A stretch of 61,388 nt of DNA, filler included, from Porpidia crustulata (Eukaryota), in NCBI GenBank assembly GCA_964255105.1. It is 14 parts of 14 records of this genome, joined end to end, with 100 filler letters (N's around TTAATTAATTAA, not from the genome) between each part and the next. Parts side by side here need not be neighbours in the genome. Positions count along the whole stretch, not along the records: positions 35,242 to 39,521 come from CAXUWE010002106.1; positions 39,622 to 43,900 come from CAXUWE010002107.1; positions 44,001 to 48,274 come from CAXUWE010002108.1; positions 48,375 to 52,647 come from CAXUWE010002109.1; 10 more parts are not named here. The stretch is one strand, 5' to 3'. Positions 35,886 through 49,120 of this stretch are shown piece by piece. The notes under the pieces are model-generated. The model searched no databases. It saw only the letters and a list, made by a program, of their open reading frames with translations, and was not told where the DNA came from. How positions within the stretch are numbered: position 1 is the stretch's first letter; every line of letters starts with the position of its first letter. A program made the translations under genes and the position numbers.

Positions 35886-36655
35886 CTAGCTATATTTGCA
35901 ATGGTACTTTCCGATATCGAGCTTTATGTCATGTTTACGGTTGTCCTTTGTTTTGGTGAGAGCGAGTACTAGTTCGATCAAAAAGTCCTTGGGAAGCGCG
36001 GTTCGTTGCTTTTCGGTCTTGAATGCTTTCTCTATGAAAGTCTTGCGAACACAAATGTCTACAAGCAGACGATGAAGTCCTGAATCCTGCGAAGTATTTT
36101 CCCACGCAAGTGCGATGGTATCTTGAGCTAGTACAGTCCTCGGCTTTCTAAAGAATATTATTATGGCGTCAGTGACCGCATTTTGCAGAGCGGCTATTCC
36201 TCTTTTCTCCGCAAATATGTAAAGACGTATAAACATTCTGTATTGGCAAATGAGGTTTGAGTCTTCCTCGGAGTCCAAGTCCTCCTCGGAATAGCAGTCC
36301 TCATCGGAGTCCAAGTCTTTCTCGGGGCCTATCAGAGCGCGGGTGTAAAGCCATTCATTGAAGCGCTTGAAGACATCAACGTCTTCGTCGCGGAGTACAA
36401 CTATGCCCTCAGAGGCTTCTTTAAACTCTCCAGTCAATGCTGCTTTAAAGTAAAACGAGTAGTGGCATAGTAGGCCTTTATGGATCCCGAAATTAACTGA
36501 ATCAGGTCCGACCTTGATGAGCACGATAGTATCATAGAGACTCCTTAATCTTCGTTAGGATCTGCACCTTGCAAACCTCCAGGAATTATCACATACCCAT
36601 CACTAAGGCCGGATGTTTTGGATTTCTTGGTTTCGAGCTTCTGAGCTTTTGACAT
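35886..36655 (-). CDS. BTB/POZ-domain protein
   Basis: LYDTIVLIKVGPDSVNFGIHKGLLCHYSFYFKAALTGEFKEA..VFKRFNEWLYT..LYIFAEKRGIAALQN; one intron after MSKAQK..SD. Confidence 0.9.
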
Positions 36656-38089
36656 CTTGATATATTACTTAGCTGAGACAATCTGATGAGAAGCTTTTAG
36701 CAAATATATCTGCTGCGGAGTTTTCAATCATTCGAAGTTGTGAAGAAGTGGCTAGCACGAAGGTTTTGGAATTTGGAAAAGAAATTGTGATGGGCGATCA
36801 AGGTGTTGAAGCTAGTGACATGAACGAGTCACTCCTATCTCGTGCGAGTCGGAAATGAATCGAAATCAGAGACAGTAATCACATCTGAAGACTGAGTGGA
36901 AGCTGATCAAACGAAAGAAGTTCTGAGTGTAAGGATTGCGGGAACACCTATACTAATGTGTAAGAGCTCGGATGTGAACAAGCACCTAGTATGCGTAACA
37001 GGACCTCGAGTCGAGCTTCGGCAGATGATACGAAGAAGTGGAATCTTGATACCTAGAGTTGTGGTGAATATACGGCGAGAGTTGAGTCGAAGAAAGCTTC
37101 TTCTGAAAGTTTTTTATGGAGTGGTGAACAACAAGGTTGTATCTTTTAGAAGTCCGGTGAGGCCATCTTGGTTAAATTAAGAAACATGAGTGAAAGTGTT
37201 GAATTGAGGGATTTCTATATCTAGAATTTCAGCTCACATTAGACGGTTGACCGATGGCGTGTCTTCTCATCTCACTATGTTTGGTGAACTTGTTGTGCTA
37301 TAGATACTCATCGTCTAGCAGCTTGGACCTCGAATCTTGGTCTTGGATATAAGTCGTCAGCGACTTGAATTTCACGTTACCATCAATGCAGAATTTCGTG
37401 CAATTATCCTTTCAGAGTCAGCCAGTCCATCACTCCGTCACGACCCTACCATATCATCTTCACATCCGTTTTACTCCTCACCGTCCGCTTCCCTAGTTCC
37501 GATACGTCCTTACTACACATCAATTTGATGCTATGTTGATCCAGCTATCATATGGAACAGCAATTGCACATGTGTGGCCAAGTATTTCGAATCGTTTGAC
37601 GCGGTCTAGTTTGGGAGATGACGGATAATTTAGGATATAAAGCATCTGACAGACGAAAAATGATTACATTAGGAGATCCCCATCTACAACAGCTAAGATA
37701 GATCAATGCAATGCAGGGAGAAGTTGTATGCTGACGTATGATTTCGTTGTAAGGTTGAGCGCTGGGTCGATCCTTCCGCATTGAAATTATCGTACTGATG
37801 CGTGGCGGATTAGTACATAGAATATGTCATATATTGTCTTAAAGATCCACGGACCCCATACTTGCCACGCAAAGTTTTGAAATACTACATTGAGAATCTC
37901 TCAAAATACCTGGTCTTAGATGATTCAATTTTGGCGCTTGGTCAGAATGGATCTGTCTCCGCCACTGACAAGAAGTATTTTATCTCACAACCGGCCAGAT
38001 CTATTTCGATTCAAGAGTACCCTGCCTGATACTTTGATGAAAATAGAAGCATGGCGGTGGGCCTGGTACGAGGCGGTAGGGAGGGATAA

Positions 38090-38730
38090 TCAATCGGTGC
38101 TGACCCTGGTGTCGCTCTTGATGCTGCTCTCAGCTTTGCTATCACTCTTACTCTCAATATCGCCCTCGGTGCTGCTCTCGCCATCACTTGAGATTTCGAC
38201 GTCACTATGGCCGTGGGGAACTTCAGTGATGAATTTCGCCACAAATATCTCTTCGCGATTACATACGTACTCATAGTTCTCGTCCCCCAAACATTCGCTA
38301 TACGCTTGGCCCAGTCCGGTGCGAAATTCGTCAGGATACTTGAGAAACTTGGAATCGCCAAGTAAGCCATCGTTTTGAGAGCGATTAAGAACTTCGATGG
38401 CAAGCAATGCTCCGAAATGCGCTGTGATGCGGGCGTTTTACGTCCGGAGCGGAGAGTCCTCGCAGGCGTGCTCGTATAGGTAGAAGATGTCCTTGCAAGG
38501 AACGCGCTTGGTATTAAGTATAATATCGTGGAGGAATCTCATGCCGGCGTTCTTGGCTTTGACGATACCACGGGCCTCCGCGAAAGAGTAATTTTCATAA
38601 CAACTTCATTATCTCACTCATTTGATCCTAATAAAACCAAGGCAGGAGCCAGAGATTTCGATGTATGGTCGTTCGTTTGGTCTGTGTCAGCTGTGAGACC
38701 AATGTTTCCCATATACCTAAGGCAATGGTA
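38090..38730 (-). pseudogene. Degenerate BTB-protein paralog
   Basis: YSFAEARGIVKAKN..IFYLYEHACEDSPLRT*NARI resembles the neighbour's YIFAEKRGIAALQN..AWENTSQDSGLHRLL. In-frame TAA at 38438-38440; upstream frame also interrupted. Confidence 0.6.
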
Positions 38731-39621
38731 GTCATGGCCAAGCTTTGTTCCTTCATTTTCTGGTATCGCTGTCTGTCATTTTATGCTGTTGGTCATTATC
38801 TTATCTTCTGGCGACTCTTCTTCGACACAGCTTTCTCTCATATTCTCAACAAGCTATCTCGTCAAGCCTTCATATGGGCATTTTTGACAGAACATCAAAT
38901 TAGTAAATCAAGAGTCTTTCTTTATTCAAGCATCCAAAGGTGAACAAACTATGTCGTAACACTGTGATAGGACTATCAGCAATTACTTTGATTTGAGAGA
39001 ATAATTGATAAAGCTGTGTATAGTCGAGGCCCTCAACCAAAATCGGCGTATGCCCTTTTCTAACTTGACAGATAGGAGAAATCACAAGCTGTAGAGAAGC
39101 GTACAGTGCAAGATTATTCTCAAAGAGGTAGTGGGTTGAATGTAAGCATATTGACGAACAAACGACGTGGAGGTAGAGTACACAATTAGGTAGATAAATT
39201 TAGACTTACAATTGCGAGACGAATACCTGCCGACGTGAACATCCCGTCCATCCACTTCAACCCCGAGTCTGACCCCTTCAAAATTTGTTCCTCGAACAGT
39301 CCGGATTGTTTTCAGATGCTCGTGCCTACTCTATCAATTATGTTGAGTCCCGCTGGTCCTATACTTTTTAGCTGCCAGTGTCACATCTCATAGCTGCTTG
39401 ATGACACGGCAAGAGACGTCCTAGAGGCAACAATCTCTTCTTTTGGCCGCTCAGCTCCCCACAGATACATCTCCCGTTTCATTTGTCGCCAAACTCTCGC
39501 TCCCACTCCAAACGTCCCTGCNNNNNNNNNNNNNNNNNNNNNNNNNNNNNNNNNNNNNNNNNNNNTTAATTAATTAANNNNNNNNNNNNNNNNNNNNNNN
39601 NNNNNNNNNNNNNNNNNNNNN

Positions 39622-42600
39622 GAGGCGGGAGATGCGGTTGCCGGCGAGATGGACCTTTCGAAGTCTCATGATTCCCAGTAGTGGTCTTAGATCTCTTAGG
39701 GCGTTGTAATTCAAGTTTAAGCTTCTGAGGTTGGGGGCCTGCATGCCGAACTTGTGGGGAAGTTCTCGGAGTCCCACGGATGCGAGTTCGAGGGTTTGGA
39801 GGTTGAGGAAGGGTGTTTGTAAAGGAAAGGTAGGAAGGTGGTTGGAGGAGAGGTAGAGGTGGGTGACGTTGTGGCAGTCGGCGTATTGAATGATGGATGC
39901 CGGGGGAAGTGATTGTTCACGCCAGGATAGACTTCTAAGGCTGGTATGGGTAGACAAACCGTCGATGAATGGGATAGAGTTGCGGTCAATGGCTAGAGTA
40001 TGGAGTATGGGGATGGAGGAAATGGAGATGGCGGAAAGGTCATTGCTAGTCAAGTTGAGAGTCTCGAGGGTGGGGAGGCTATTGGATGAGGGTTCAAAGG
40101 TTGTGAGCTCGTTGTCGCCTAAGAAAATCAGCTGCATATTGACAATTAAGGACTGTAGTCTTACTGAGATCGAGGTGCTTAATGGCTGGCAGCTGATCAA
40201 CATCGGACGTACTCGAAATCTTATTACCGCGAAGATCAACGTTCGTCAATCGCTTCCTACTTCACATTAACGATGAGTCTACTTGCGGGCTCAAATGCTT
40301 ACAGATTAGACCCGTCAAAGTCGACAATCTCGATGCGATTCCTTCTCAACCTTAAGCTTATCAATCCATCAAGCTCGAGAATCCCATCAAGGGTTTCAAT
40401 CTCGTTGTCATCCGCCTTCAGCTCTCGAAGATGTGCAAGACTGTGAAACCCCTTGAGACTTTGAATCTGGTTGCCTGAAACATCAAGGTACTGTAAATTG
40501 TGCAAATGACCCCAAGCGGTCAGATTTGACAGGCAATTCTGCCGAATCCTTAAGCTCCGAAGACCTGCTGGAGCGCCATTCAACTGTCCTATTTCGTTAT
40601 TTGAAACGTCAAGGTCCTCTATTCGCCCACAGTACTCATAAAGTCCGTGCAATGTTTGTAAACCCCTACTTTGAAGATTCATATAGCGTATATAATCCCA
40701 GTATGGTTCGTAAGGTTCAATGTCAGTAAGTTTCTTGACCAATTCTTGGGTGGCCTGCGAGAAGGTGCCCTCAGCCTGATGTTGACAGCATAGCTCGCGT
40801 CGCTTGGCTACATCGACGTCAAGACTTATCGATCTGTCGATCTGGTGGAGGGTAAAATCAGGTAGAGGACTAAGATGAAAGCCAATGGATGAATTTTGAC
40901 CTGTGGCAGGAGCCTGCATAGCCATGGAACGCGGTAAGGGTGTCGACACAATCACACTCATATTTCGAGCATCGTCAGAGCCCCGGAGGAAGGAAATCTC
41001 GTCTTGTTCATCAAGGCGCGACATCGGGCGAGCAATGTAGGACTGGCTTCCAATGGACACTCGACGCGATGCACTACGATGAGTCGACCTTCTCCCGAAC
41101 CCGGATGATCGCTTTTTCGAGAATAGCTCTGGTTGGGGTTCGAAGTGAATCGGCGAATCATCTAGGTTGAGTCCTTCCTCCAAATAATCTGTTCTGCCGT
41201 TGCTTGGCTCGATCTGATCTATCAAAGGTGAGGAGAAAGCTACAGTAATTACACGGGCCTGACGTTGCTTGCCAGGATGCTTTGGACTTCGAGATACACG
41301 ACCTTCAAGGATGCTTATCTCGTGCTCTACCTCCTCTGCTTGCTCAGCTGGTGATACTGCGGCTGGCTCCTTCGTTGCTGCAATTGTCTCTTCTTGCTTG
41401 TGGAGACCGTCATCACCCCAGGATGTTGCCCTAGTCTCTACGACAGCCATGCTGGATGTGAATCGAGTGTAGTTTGACGGAGCGGAGCTGGGTTCTCCCT
41501 GGCCCAATTTTTGACCTAGTTGATCTCGAAGCCCATTCGATACTTCCACACGTGACTCGGTCACCACGGCGTAATCTCGTTGTGATATATGACTGAAGCC
41601 TGACTGCAACGATCTTGCTGCAGACACTACTTGCTTGGTCTGCTCAAGTTCTTCGAGTTCATCGACACTCAGGTCGGGAACATCTCCGAATGGGTCATCC
41701 TCTGTAATCTCGCTGGGTGCACGATGATGCGTCCGACTACCATCTTCCTTAGACGTCTTGCGCTTGACCCAGAGCTGCTTCGCGTGATCAAATGTCATGC
41801 CAGCAACATGATCCGATAGAAGATGGGAGACTGTCTCGGGCGCAATTACAGCTCGTTTGCCAGAACCACGGGAAGAGCCCGTAGGTATAGATCGTCCTGT
41901 CGACGGATTCGATGCTGATTGAGAACCATAAGATGGCACCTTGATTTCAATACCGAGAGCCAGATCTTCTACGAAAGAAGCTGCATGCTCGTGCTTCTGC
42001 CCATTGGTTTGGTTATCAAGAATGCGGATGTTAGGCGGATCACTCTCGAAATCGCTGCTACGGTCCTGCGCGTCGTCTTGGGGAGCGGGAGCGTCAGAGT
42101 TGTTCTTGGACTGCCCAACCTGTAACGTTTTTAAAGACGAGGAAAGTACAATCCCAACGTCATCTCTCTCCTCGAATTTTCGAAGATGGCTTATAACCCT
42201 AGCATCTAGCTGTAGCGGCTCCCTTAACCTACGATGACTACCTCCTTCACGGCTAGGTGGTCTTGAGAATTCATCTTTCGTAGATTCTTGAAGGCTAATA
42301 CCTTCCTGAAAGCTATTTCGCTCTTGATTGAAACCGATTTCCGGTGCTCCATTCTGGCTTTGCGAACGCCCTTGCGCTCGGAGGATTTGCATTATCATCT
42401 TTGCCTCCTCAACAAAGTTTGCCGTCGTCACTGAAGCCTTCCGTGCACCAGTCGTCGTATCTTGAAGGAGGTCTAAAGAAAAGGACGCGATCTCGTTGAC
42501 AAGTGCTTCGGGAGGAGCAATCCAGTCTGCTTGTTGATCTCGACCAACCATTGGCTGGTCGGTGTCTTTCTGTATGTGCACTCCGACTTCATAGCTGTAC

Positions 42601-43900
42601 TTGGGGTTTTCAACACTGGATTTACCTTGAGATCCAATTTGGCCAGGTATCGATGTTCTGGGATGAAGTATTTGACGCATTGCTAGTATTTTGGGATCGG
42701 CAGCTTGACTACTACTGTCGTACAGAGCATCTTTTCTTTTACGGCTGAGTGTAGATTCGGGAAGCGATCTTTTGGCTCGAGTAGATTGATCGGTGAGTGG
42801 TGACCCCTTGTCTATTTCCTCCTTTAGTAATGTTCTGCGGCGCTTAGGCAGTGGGTCCTTAGCCGGTGAATATGGTAATCGCTTCCCCTGAGCATTGTGA
42901 TCTACTTCTTGTGGACCTTGCGCCTCTTTGGTGTTGTAAATGGGCCTATTAGGTGGAGGTTGGGTATCTCGTTTAAGTGTAGAATTGGTCCCTGAGGTCG
43001 AACGTTTTGGTGTTCCTCGCTCGTTGGAATGGGAGCGGTCTTTGACAGCTTCACGTCCATGTAATGACATAAGGTTGTTTATTCTGTCAAATTTGAATGG
43101 ACTGTGCGTCGCTGGTGGCCGCGGACGATTCTCTTTCATCGCATTCAGCCTTGGTTGTTCATTTGAAGTTCCCTTCGGAGGGGTGGGAAAATGATGACCA
43201 TCCAATTCGCCTTGGCCAAAGCTGCTGATCCGGCGCTTTGAATGCAACATTTGGTTTTCTGGGCCCTGACGTTGACGGTGGCGTGATAATCTTGCCCCTT
43301 TTGATCCGGGCCGGGGAGAAAGAACTTCGTTATCGCTTTGTGCAATGGATGCCTCAGTCGGGCTTCGTTGCAGCGCTTCTTCAAATTTGCTCATTCGTCG
43401 TACTAATCGGTCATTGGTAAATGTATCGTACTTGTCGAATAGCTTTAGTGGGCTGCCAGATGATCTTGGAGGCTCAGAACTGCTTCCATTACCGATATCG
43501 CGTCTCTGAGGCGTCCTTGGTTCTCGATGACGCTCTTCTGTTGACGGTTGTCTTATGTTTTCTGGCATTGTCTCTCCTTGACCCTGGCTTGTTTCTAGAG
43601 TGCTCGGGGACTTTAATTTGGAATCATCAAAATCTGGTAATGATGACGGACTGAGCGGTCGTCTCTGAAAAGAACCTTCGTTTGAATACCCTCCCCTGTG
43701 AAGATTGACAAAGCCACCATTTGCAGCAAATACGCCCGTGCCAGTGGAAATATCGTCGGGGAGCGATGTACTTGTCAAGTCGCTCTTTTGCCGATCATGA
43801 AGAAACGAATCTTCTTGAATACTAGTTTCTACGTAGCTGATTCCATCATCGCTCGAGCGGGAACCGGGAAAATTCTGCTGCTGCAGGCGCAGCTTATCCA
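39622..43900 (-). CDS. NUD1: Septation-initiation/mitotic-exit network scaffold with leucine-rich repeats (Nud1/Cdc11), internal part
   Basis: GSPLKLFDKYDTFTN, AGMTFDHAKQLWVK, EDDPFGDVPDLSVDE and LVKKLTDIEPYEPYWD followed by many LxxLxLxxNxL repeats; the frame is open to both contig ends. Confidence 0.88.
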
Positions 43901-44211
43901 NNNNNNNNNNNNNNNNNNNNNNNNNNNNNNNNNNNNNNNNNNNNTTAATTAATTAANNNNNNNNNNNNNNNNNNNNNNNNNNNNNNNNNNNNNNNNNNNN
44001 GTGTGGAAGTTTGGGGTGGTGGGTTTTCTTTTCACTGTCTGGAGGAGTCGGCGGCATTCATTAGAGGAGTCGGGTTCGTGCTCGCGAAAACAACGATTTG
44101 GTGGGACAGTATATCGACGCCGAGAGTCGCTGCTGCGCTAGACTCTCAAGTTTGCACGTCTTGCCATGGCGCCCCGGCAGAGAGCCAGAGGACCGGTGCT
44201 TGCCGCGACTC

Positions 44212-45946
44212 TCAGCTCTTCTTGTTCACCACCACCTCCACCACGATTCCCTCCTCGCCGTCCGGCCGCCCGCTGATCCTATACCTCCCACCCAGCAGAT
44301 CTTTCGCCACAATCTCTCTCGTCCTGCCCAAACTCTCAATGGCCGAGATCCGCTCCAGCGTGCCGTCCAGATGGGCCTCGAACCCATCCGCGCCGCAGAT
44401 CTGCCGGAATGCGTTCATCATGGGCACCGAGTCCGCGCGGACCATGGCCTGGGAATCGATGGTGAAGATGTTGATGTGGTCGTAGCTCTGGACGAAGTCG
44501 GCGCGCGTCATGATCTCGCGGGCCTCGTGCAGCGGGATCTGCGGCAGGCGGTGGCCGTGCTCAGGGTCGTAGCCGCTGTCGGCGGACTCGTGTTCTTTGG
44601 CGACGAGGGCTTTGGCGAGGACCATGGCTGCGGAGGCGTATTTCTGCTGGTCCATGACGTCGTCATCCATGTTTTCGCCGAGGATCCAGCACTTGTTGAG
44701 GAACCATGTCATTTCGGCTTGGCAGATCTCGTCGCATGTGCGCAGCATGTCGTTTGATTTGGCCACGCGGTGAAGGAAGGAGAGGCGCCCGCCTACTTTG
44801 TTGTATACTTGAGCTAGGACTTCGGATTGGGGTTCTTCTTGATAGTACCGTTTGCGAGACTGCTTCAGGGCCGCAATAGCTTGTTCTTTGGCGAGGTCGA
44901 GCACGGGGAAAACTTCCATTCGTGTAGAATATTGTTTCAGGCGCTCATAGACCCAATAGTCGTCGCTGTTTAGGACTAGGGTTATGAGATTGCTGGCGGC
45001 CCATTGCTCGGCGCGCTGCTGGATAAGTTCGAGGAGATCGCGCCCATCATCATCGTCACGGAGGAGGTGCATGCTATTTATGATGAGGACAAGCGGCCGG
45101 CCAACATCTCTACGACGTTGCAGAGCTACCTTCTCCAATTTATTTAAAGCTCTCTCAATGTCTAGAAGAGCGGTGGTCTCGCGAGGGCCTTTGATGCTGA
45201 AAAGACTGCCTATGTAATCTTCGCTATATTCAAAATCTAGCGCTTTCCCCAGTCGGATGCGGAAGATCTCGAGATCGGCGTGGGCTTCAAACATGGAAAT
45301 GCCTTCGCCGTTCACTTTTTGCATAGCATTCAGTAGCATTGATGATTTTCCCGTGCCTTTCTCACCAATCAGGAGGTGGTAATGCCCTTTGTCAGTACCA
45401 CCAACAATGGCATCAATTCTTTCCTGGTCTACCACTCGCATCCAGCGATCATCGCCTTCGGGAATTGTCGTTGTGGCTTCACTCCCCGAAGCTGCTAATT
45501 CGAGTACGGGATCACCAGGGTCGAACGCTTTCTTCATTTTTTTGAGTATCAAATATTTGTAATATCGATGATATCCATACCCGGCCATTCTATAAGTCAT
45601 CAATGTTAACGTTTCTGGGACTGTGTCGCGGAGTCTATATGACTTACCCAAGGACTAGAAGGGACACAGCAGTTGTAGCAGCACTTTCAAACATCTTGAA
45701 TAAAGTTGGAGACCAATTTGAGGCTTTGTTAGAATTGTCTCGCTCAATGTTGTCCTCATTATCCGCATTTTGTGGCCCAATTTGGCCTGGGGGCGATGGA
45801 CCGCCATACCCGCCAGCATGTCGAGTCGTCGCAAGTAACGGTGACCGTTGATAACTTGGGCATGTCGGCCTTTGGAAGAATGGATGGGAACCTCGGTATC
45901 TAATTGTCGCTCTGGAGACAACGGCTGATCGCACCCACATAAACAT
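44212..45946 (-). CDS. Conserved fungal P-loop (AAA-like) ATPase, probably mitochondrial and membrane-anchored
   Basis: Arg-rich N-terminus, KMFESAATTAVSLLVLG/MAGYGYHRYY TM and Walker A LLIGEKGTGKSS; one intron near 45588-45647. Confidence 0.85.
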
Positions 45947-46453
45947 TATGAACAACTCTGTGGGAGTCGCTCATGTGATTGCTCTTTTGCGATACAGCTC
46001 GTACAGACTGGGATAGATTAATGTCTGTCAAAACCCCTGAGATCGTGAAATTTGACGCGTGGGGGCAGAAATTCGAGGAAAGCGACGAGTGTTGAAAGTC
46101 CCATCGCGCATCTAGAACTGGTTCAGGGATCTCCTTTTTATATCTTTGACTTCGTGTTTCTAGCTCTAGACATGTCCGACTTCTGATGTCCATAGTTAAA
46201 CAATATGCTCTACCTACGCAAGAGACGTGCGCCAATTTTGAGCCGGACCGTGGCTGAAAAGTGGTAGCCCAGACCCGAAAAGGGCAAAAGAGGCTTTGAG
46301 TTTGGACATATCCGCTTAGTCATGCAGATTCCAAACGAAATGCAGCTCACGTCATAGGCAAAACAAACTTGCACGCGTATTGCTCCCTCATACGGAGACA
46401 CAACCACATTACACCAACTGAGATCGCAGTCCAGGACCAAGGAATTGATCGTC

Positions 46454-47525
46454 ATGGTGAGAACGAGGCAATCAACGCGATCGAGTGCTCCTCCGGCACA
46501 GATGTCTAAATCCACTCCCTCGTCTACTTTCACCTCCAGCGTTCCAGCTTCTCTTCGCTTCCCTCTTCTTGTGCTCATAAGTTTGACATCGTCCGCTGCT
46601 CTGTACTCTCTCAACTCTTTACTCACGGCAGGTGATCTCTCGAGTGTGAGCAATCGGCTCGATAGCTGGTGGGAGATCACTGGAATACTTGGGTGGAAAG
46701 CCGCGCAGCTTGCGGTGGGCTGGTGGGGAAATTACGATGGTTAGAGCAGAGTGCTGTATTGCGATATAGAAGATGTCTAATTGAAGTGTTCCAGGTGTCG
46801 ACCTTGCTTGTCTAACGCTATTAACCCATACGCCTCACTTATACCTTTTGACCACTTTCTATGGAATCCGGCCAACAACCATGATCAGCTGTCTGTTGAT
46901 AGACGTGATGACCACCTATCTTCCTTTTCGCCTGCTTCGGGAGGTATCGCCGGCTCATGACAATCATGCGCCGAAAGGCCTGGTCTCGAATCGATCAGTT
47001 ATCAACGATGTTGCTGTCCGCGCGTATACCACCTTTCTGGGTGCCGGTATATACGGTGTGGTAGTGTTTGGTAGCTTTGGCACCTGGTTACCCGTCTACC
47101 TCGTCATCCACTTCGATGGACTGAAAGATATCTCCGCAGCTCACAGCGCAGCGTTCCCCTTTCTCGTCTTTTCGTTCTTGCCAATTGGTTATGCAGCAAG
47201 GGAATTCATGTTCACCGCAGCGACTAGTGCGAAGCCTGATGCTTATGATAAGGAATTGGCGCGATTCAACCCGTCAACGGCGACATTCCGCGAGACTCTT
47301 ATGTACAATTTCTTCGGATACTCGAAGCGAACAAGGACTTTCATTCAGAGAACTGCAACTGTAGCTCTCGTTGGAGGGCTGCACACTTGGCTCCAACTCT
47401 ATGTTGCAATAGAAGGCGCAGAGAGTCTCGGAGCTGCAGGATGGTCAATGCTTTGGTCTTGTGCTGCTCTACTGACGGGCACAGCTTACTGGTGGGTTGG
47501 AGATGTCGAGGAAATGTCCAATTGA
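46454..47525 (+). CDS. Conserved fungal multi-pass membrane protein, unknown function
   Basis: Two exons (intron near 46740-46794) with several hydrophobic segments: LRFPLLVLISL, THTPHLYLL and GAAGWSMLW. Confidence 0.75.
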
Positions 47526-47788
47526 GATGGCTTTGGATGCCCGGATTATTGATACCGTTCTATCCAATTATTTCTGAGGCGCAGTGGGAGTTCTAGAGCT
47601 TCGTATTTAACTGGCTTGCTCTTAATGTCTGAATCTATGAATAATATCTCGAGATGTTTCTGTCCCGGTTTGAAAAGCCTTAGGCTCAGGACAGTCTAGG
47701 AAACCAAAACGTCAGTAAAAATGAATGGTGAATGGCTAATCGTCGAATCATGCTGGTGGTGAAGACATGGCAGAACAGCCAAGATGTA

Positions 47789-48274
47789 TCAGTTCTGTCG
47801 TGGCTTTACTATGCCATCGTGCATTATGTAGTACACCACAGTGCTATCGTCTCCAACAACTGCTAACAGCATTCTCTTCCCTCCCCTACGCGTCTTGTCG
47901 TCCTCTACAGCAGTCTTTTCTTCTTCGCCTTCCTCGGGCGGAATTTTCGTCACAGCGTCGAAAACTTCCACGAACTTCTTCAAACTCCATTTCTCTCTCA
48001 GATGTGTGGGCAACAACCAGTCTCTTTCTAGGACCACATCCTCTTCTTTTTTGCCTGCCTTCAGCAACTCCACCTGCTCATCTGGATGGACATAAATTCG
48101 TTTTGGGGCGACTCCAGATATCACCGGTCGTGGAAGAGGAGACTGCGAAAGCGGAGAGTGAGTGTGGATTTGGAGGAGAGTCCAATCATGCTGGTAACGG
48201 AGATTGTGCTGGATTGATAGAGCAAGATTGGTGTAGTGGGGGTTGTGTGTGGGGAAGGGTTCATTGGGCTGAAT
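47789..48274 (-). CDS. SEN15: tRNA-splicing endonuclease subunit Sen15 (5'-truncated)
   Basis: ISGVAPKRIYVHPDEQ..WLLPTHLREKWSL..KRMLLAVVGDDSTVVYYIMHDGIVKPRQN. Confidence 0.92.
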   Translation of the reverse strand: MQPNEPFPTHNPHYTNLALSIQHNLRYQHDWTLLQIHTHSPLSQSPLPRPVISGVAPKRIYVHPDEQVELLKAGKKEEDVVLERDWLLPTHLREKWSLKKFVEVFDAVTKIPPEEGEEEKTAVEDDKTRRGGKRMLLAVVGDDSTVVYYIMHDGIVKPRQN

Positions 48275-48904
48275 NNNNNNNNNNNNNNNNNNNNNNNNNN
48301 NNNNNNNNNNNNNNNNNNTTAATTAATTAANNNNNNNNNNNNNNNNNNNNNNNNNNNNNNNNNNNNNNNNNNNNGTTGGCGGGTGGGGGTGGATGGTCGT
48401 TCGTGACTAGTGGTTTGGTGGGATTGAATGCGAGATCGAGAGAGAAAAGGGGAAGAAAAAAGATGTTGACTTGTTTAATATGGAGTATCGAGCTCCCTGG
48501 GTTAGTACTTGTATAGGGACTAAACAATGGGCTTGTATCGTTGCGAGTGACAGCTCAGCGATAGCCTTCGCACGGAAGGGAACTGTATAGCAAAAGTTGG
48601 GCATTGTCCACTGCAGTGTGTAGAATGATTGGCAAGACAATACCATTGTCTTTGTCATCGTCTCGTTTTCTCAAAGGAGCATTCTCCATATATTGATGAC
48701 AATGCCATCTCCGTCATTGTTACTGTCTCCAAGTCATTGTCTTCTTGCGCTAGTTTTCGAGTATATGAACAACAAAACATTCTTGATCGCCAACGAACGT
48801 CACTAGCTTCTTCCTCCAGAAATCTCCGTCGAAGAGACCAGCAATAGCCATACAGGCCAGGACCTTCAGAAGTCCTCAACGGCTAGCCATACCAACAATC
48901 AAGC

Positions 48905-49120
48905 ATGGGCTGTGGCCTTTCGCGTCCGCAACTTGAGAGGGAAGAACGCCCGCACCAATCGTCTTCAGGCAGAAAGAAGCACAAAAGCAAGGGAAGAAAA
49001 GGGCACAAACGACATGGTAGGAGTAAGAGAACCGAGGACCCCAAAGAAAAGAGAAGACGCGAATGGGAGGAGTATGGCCGTCATATGCACTATGTGGACC
49101 CAGGCTTTAACAGACCCTAG
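48905..49120 (+). CDS. Small basic protein with N-terminal MGC acylation motif
   Basis: 71-aa intronless ORF in AAGCATGG start context; MGCGLS followed by a Lys/Arg/His-rich tract. Confidence 0.5.
   Translation: MGCGLSRPQLEREERPHQSSSGRKKHKSKGRKGHKRHGRSKRTEDPKEKRRREWEEYGRHMHYVDPGFNRP

Noticed and set aside
44098..44757. Long antisense ORFs over real genes (also 1825-2442, 18701-19264, 47767-48330)
   Set aside because: Shadow frames of codon-biased coding sequence with no recognisable protein features.
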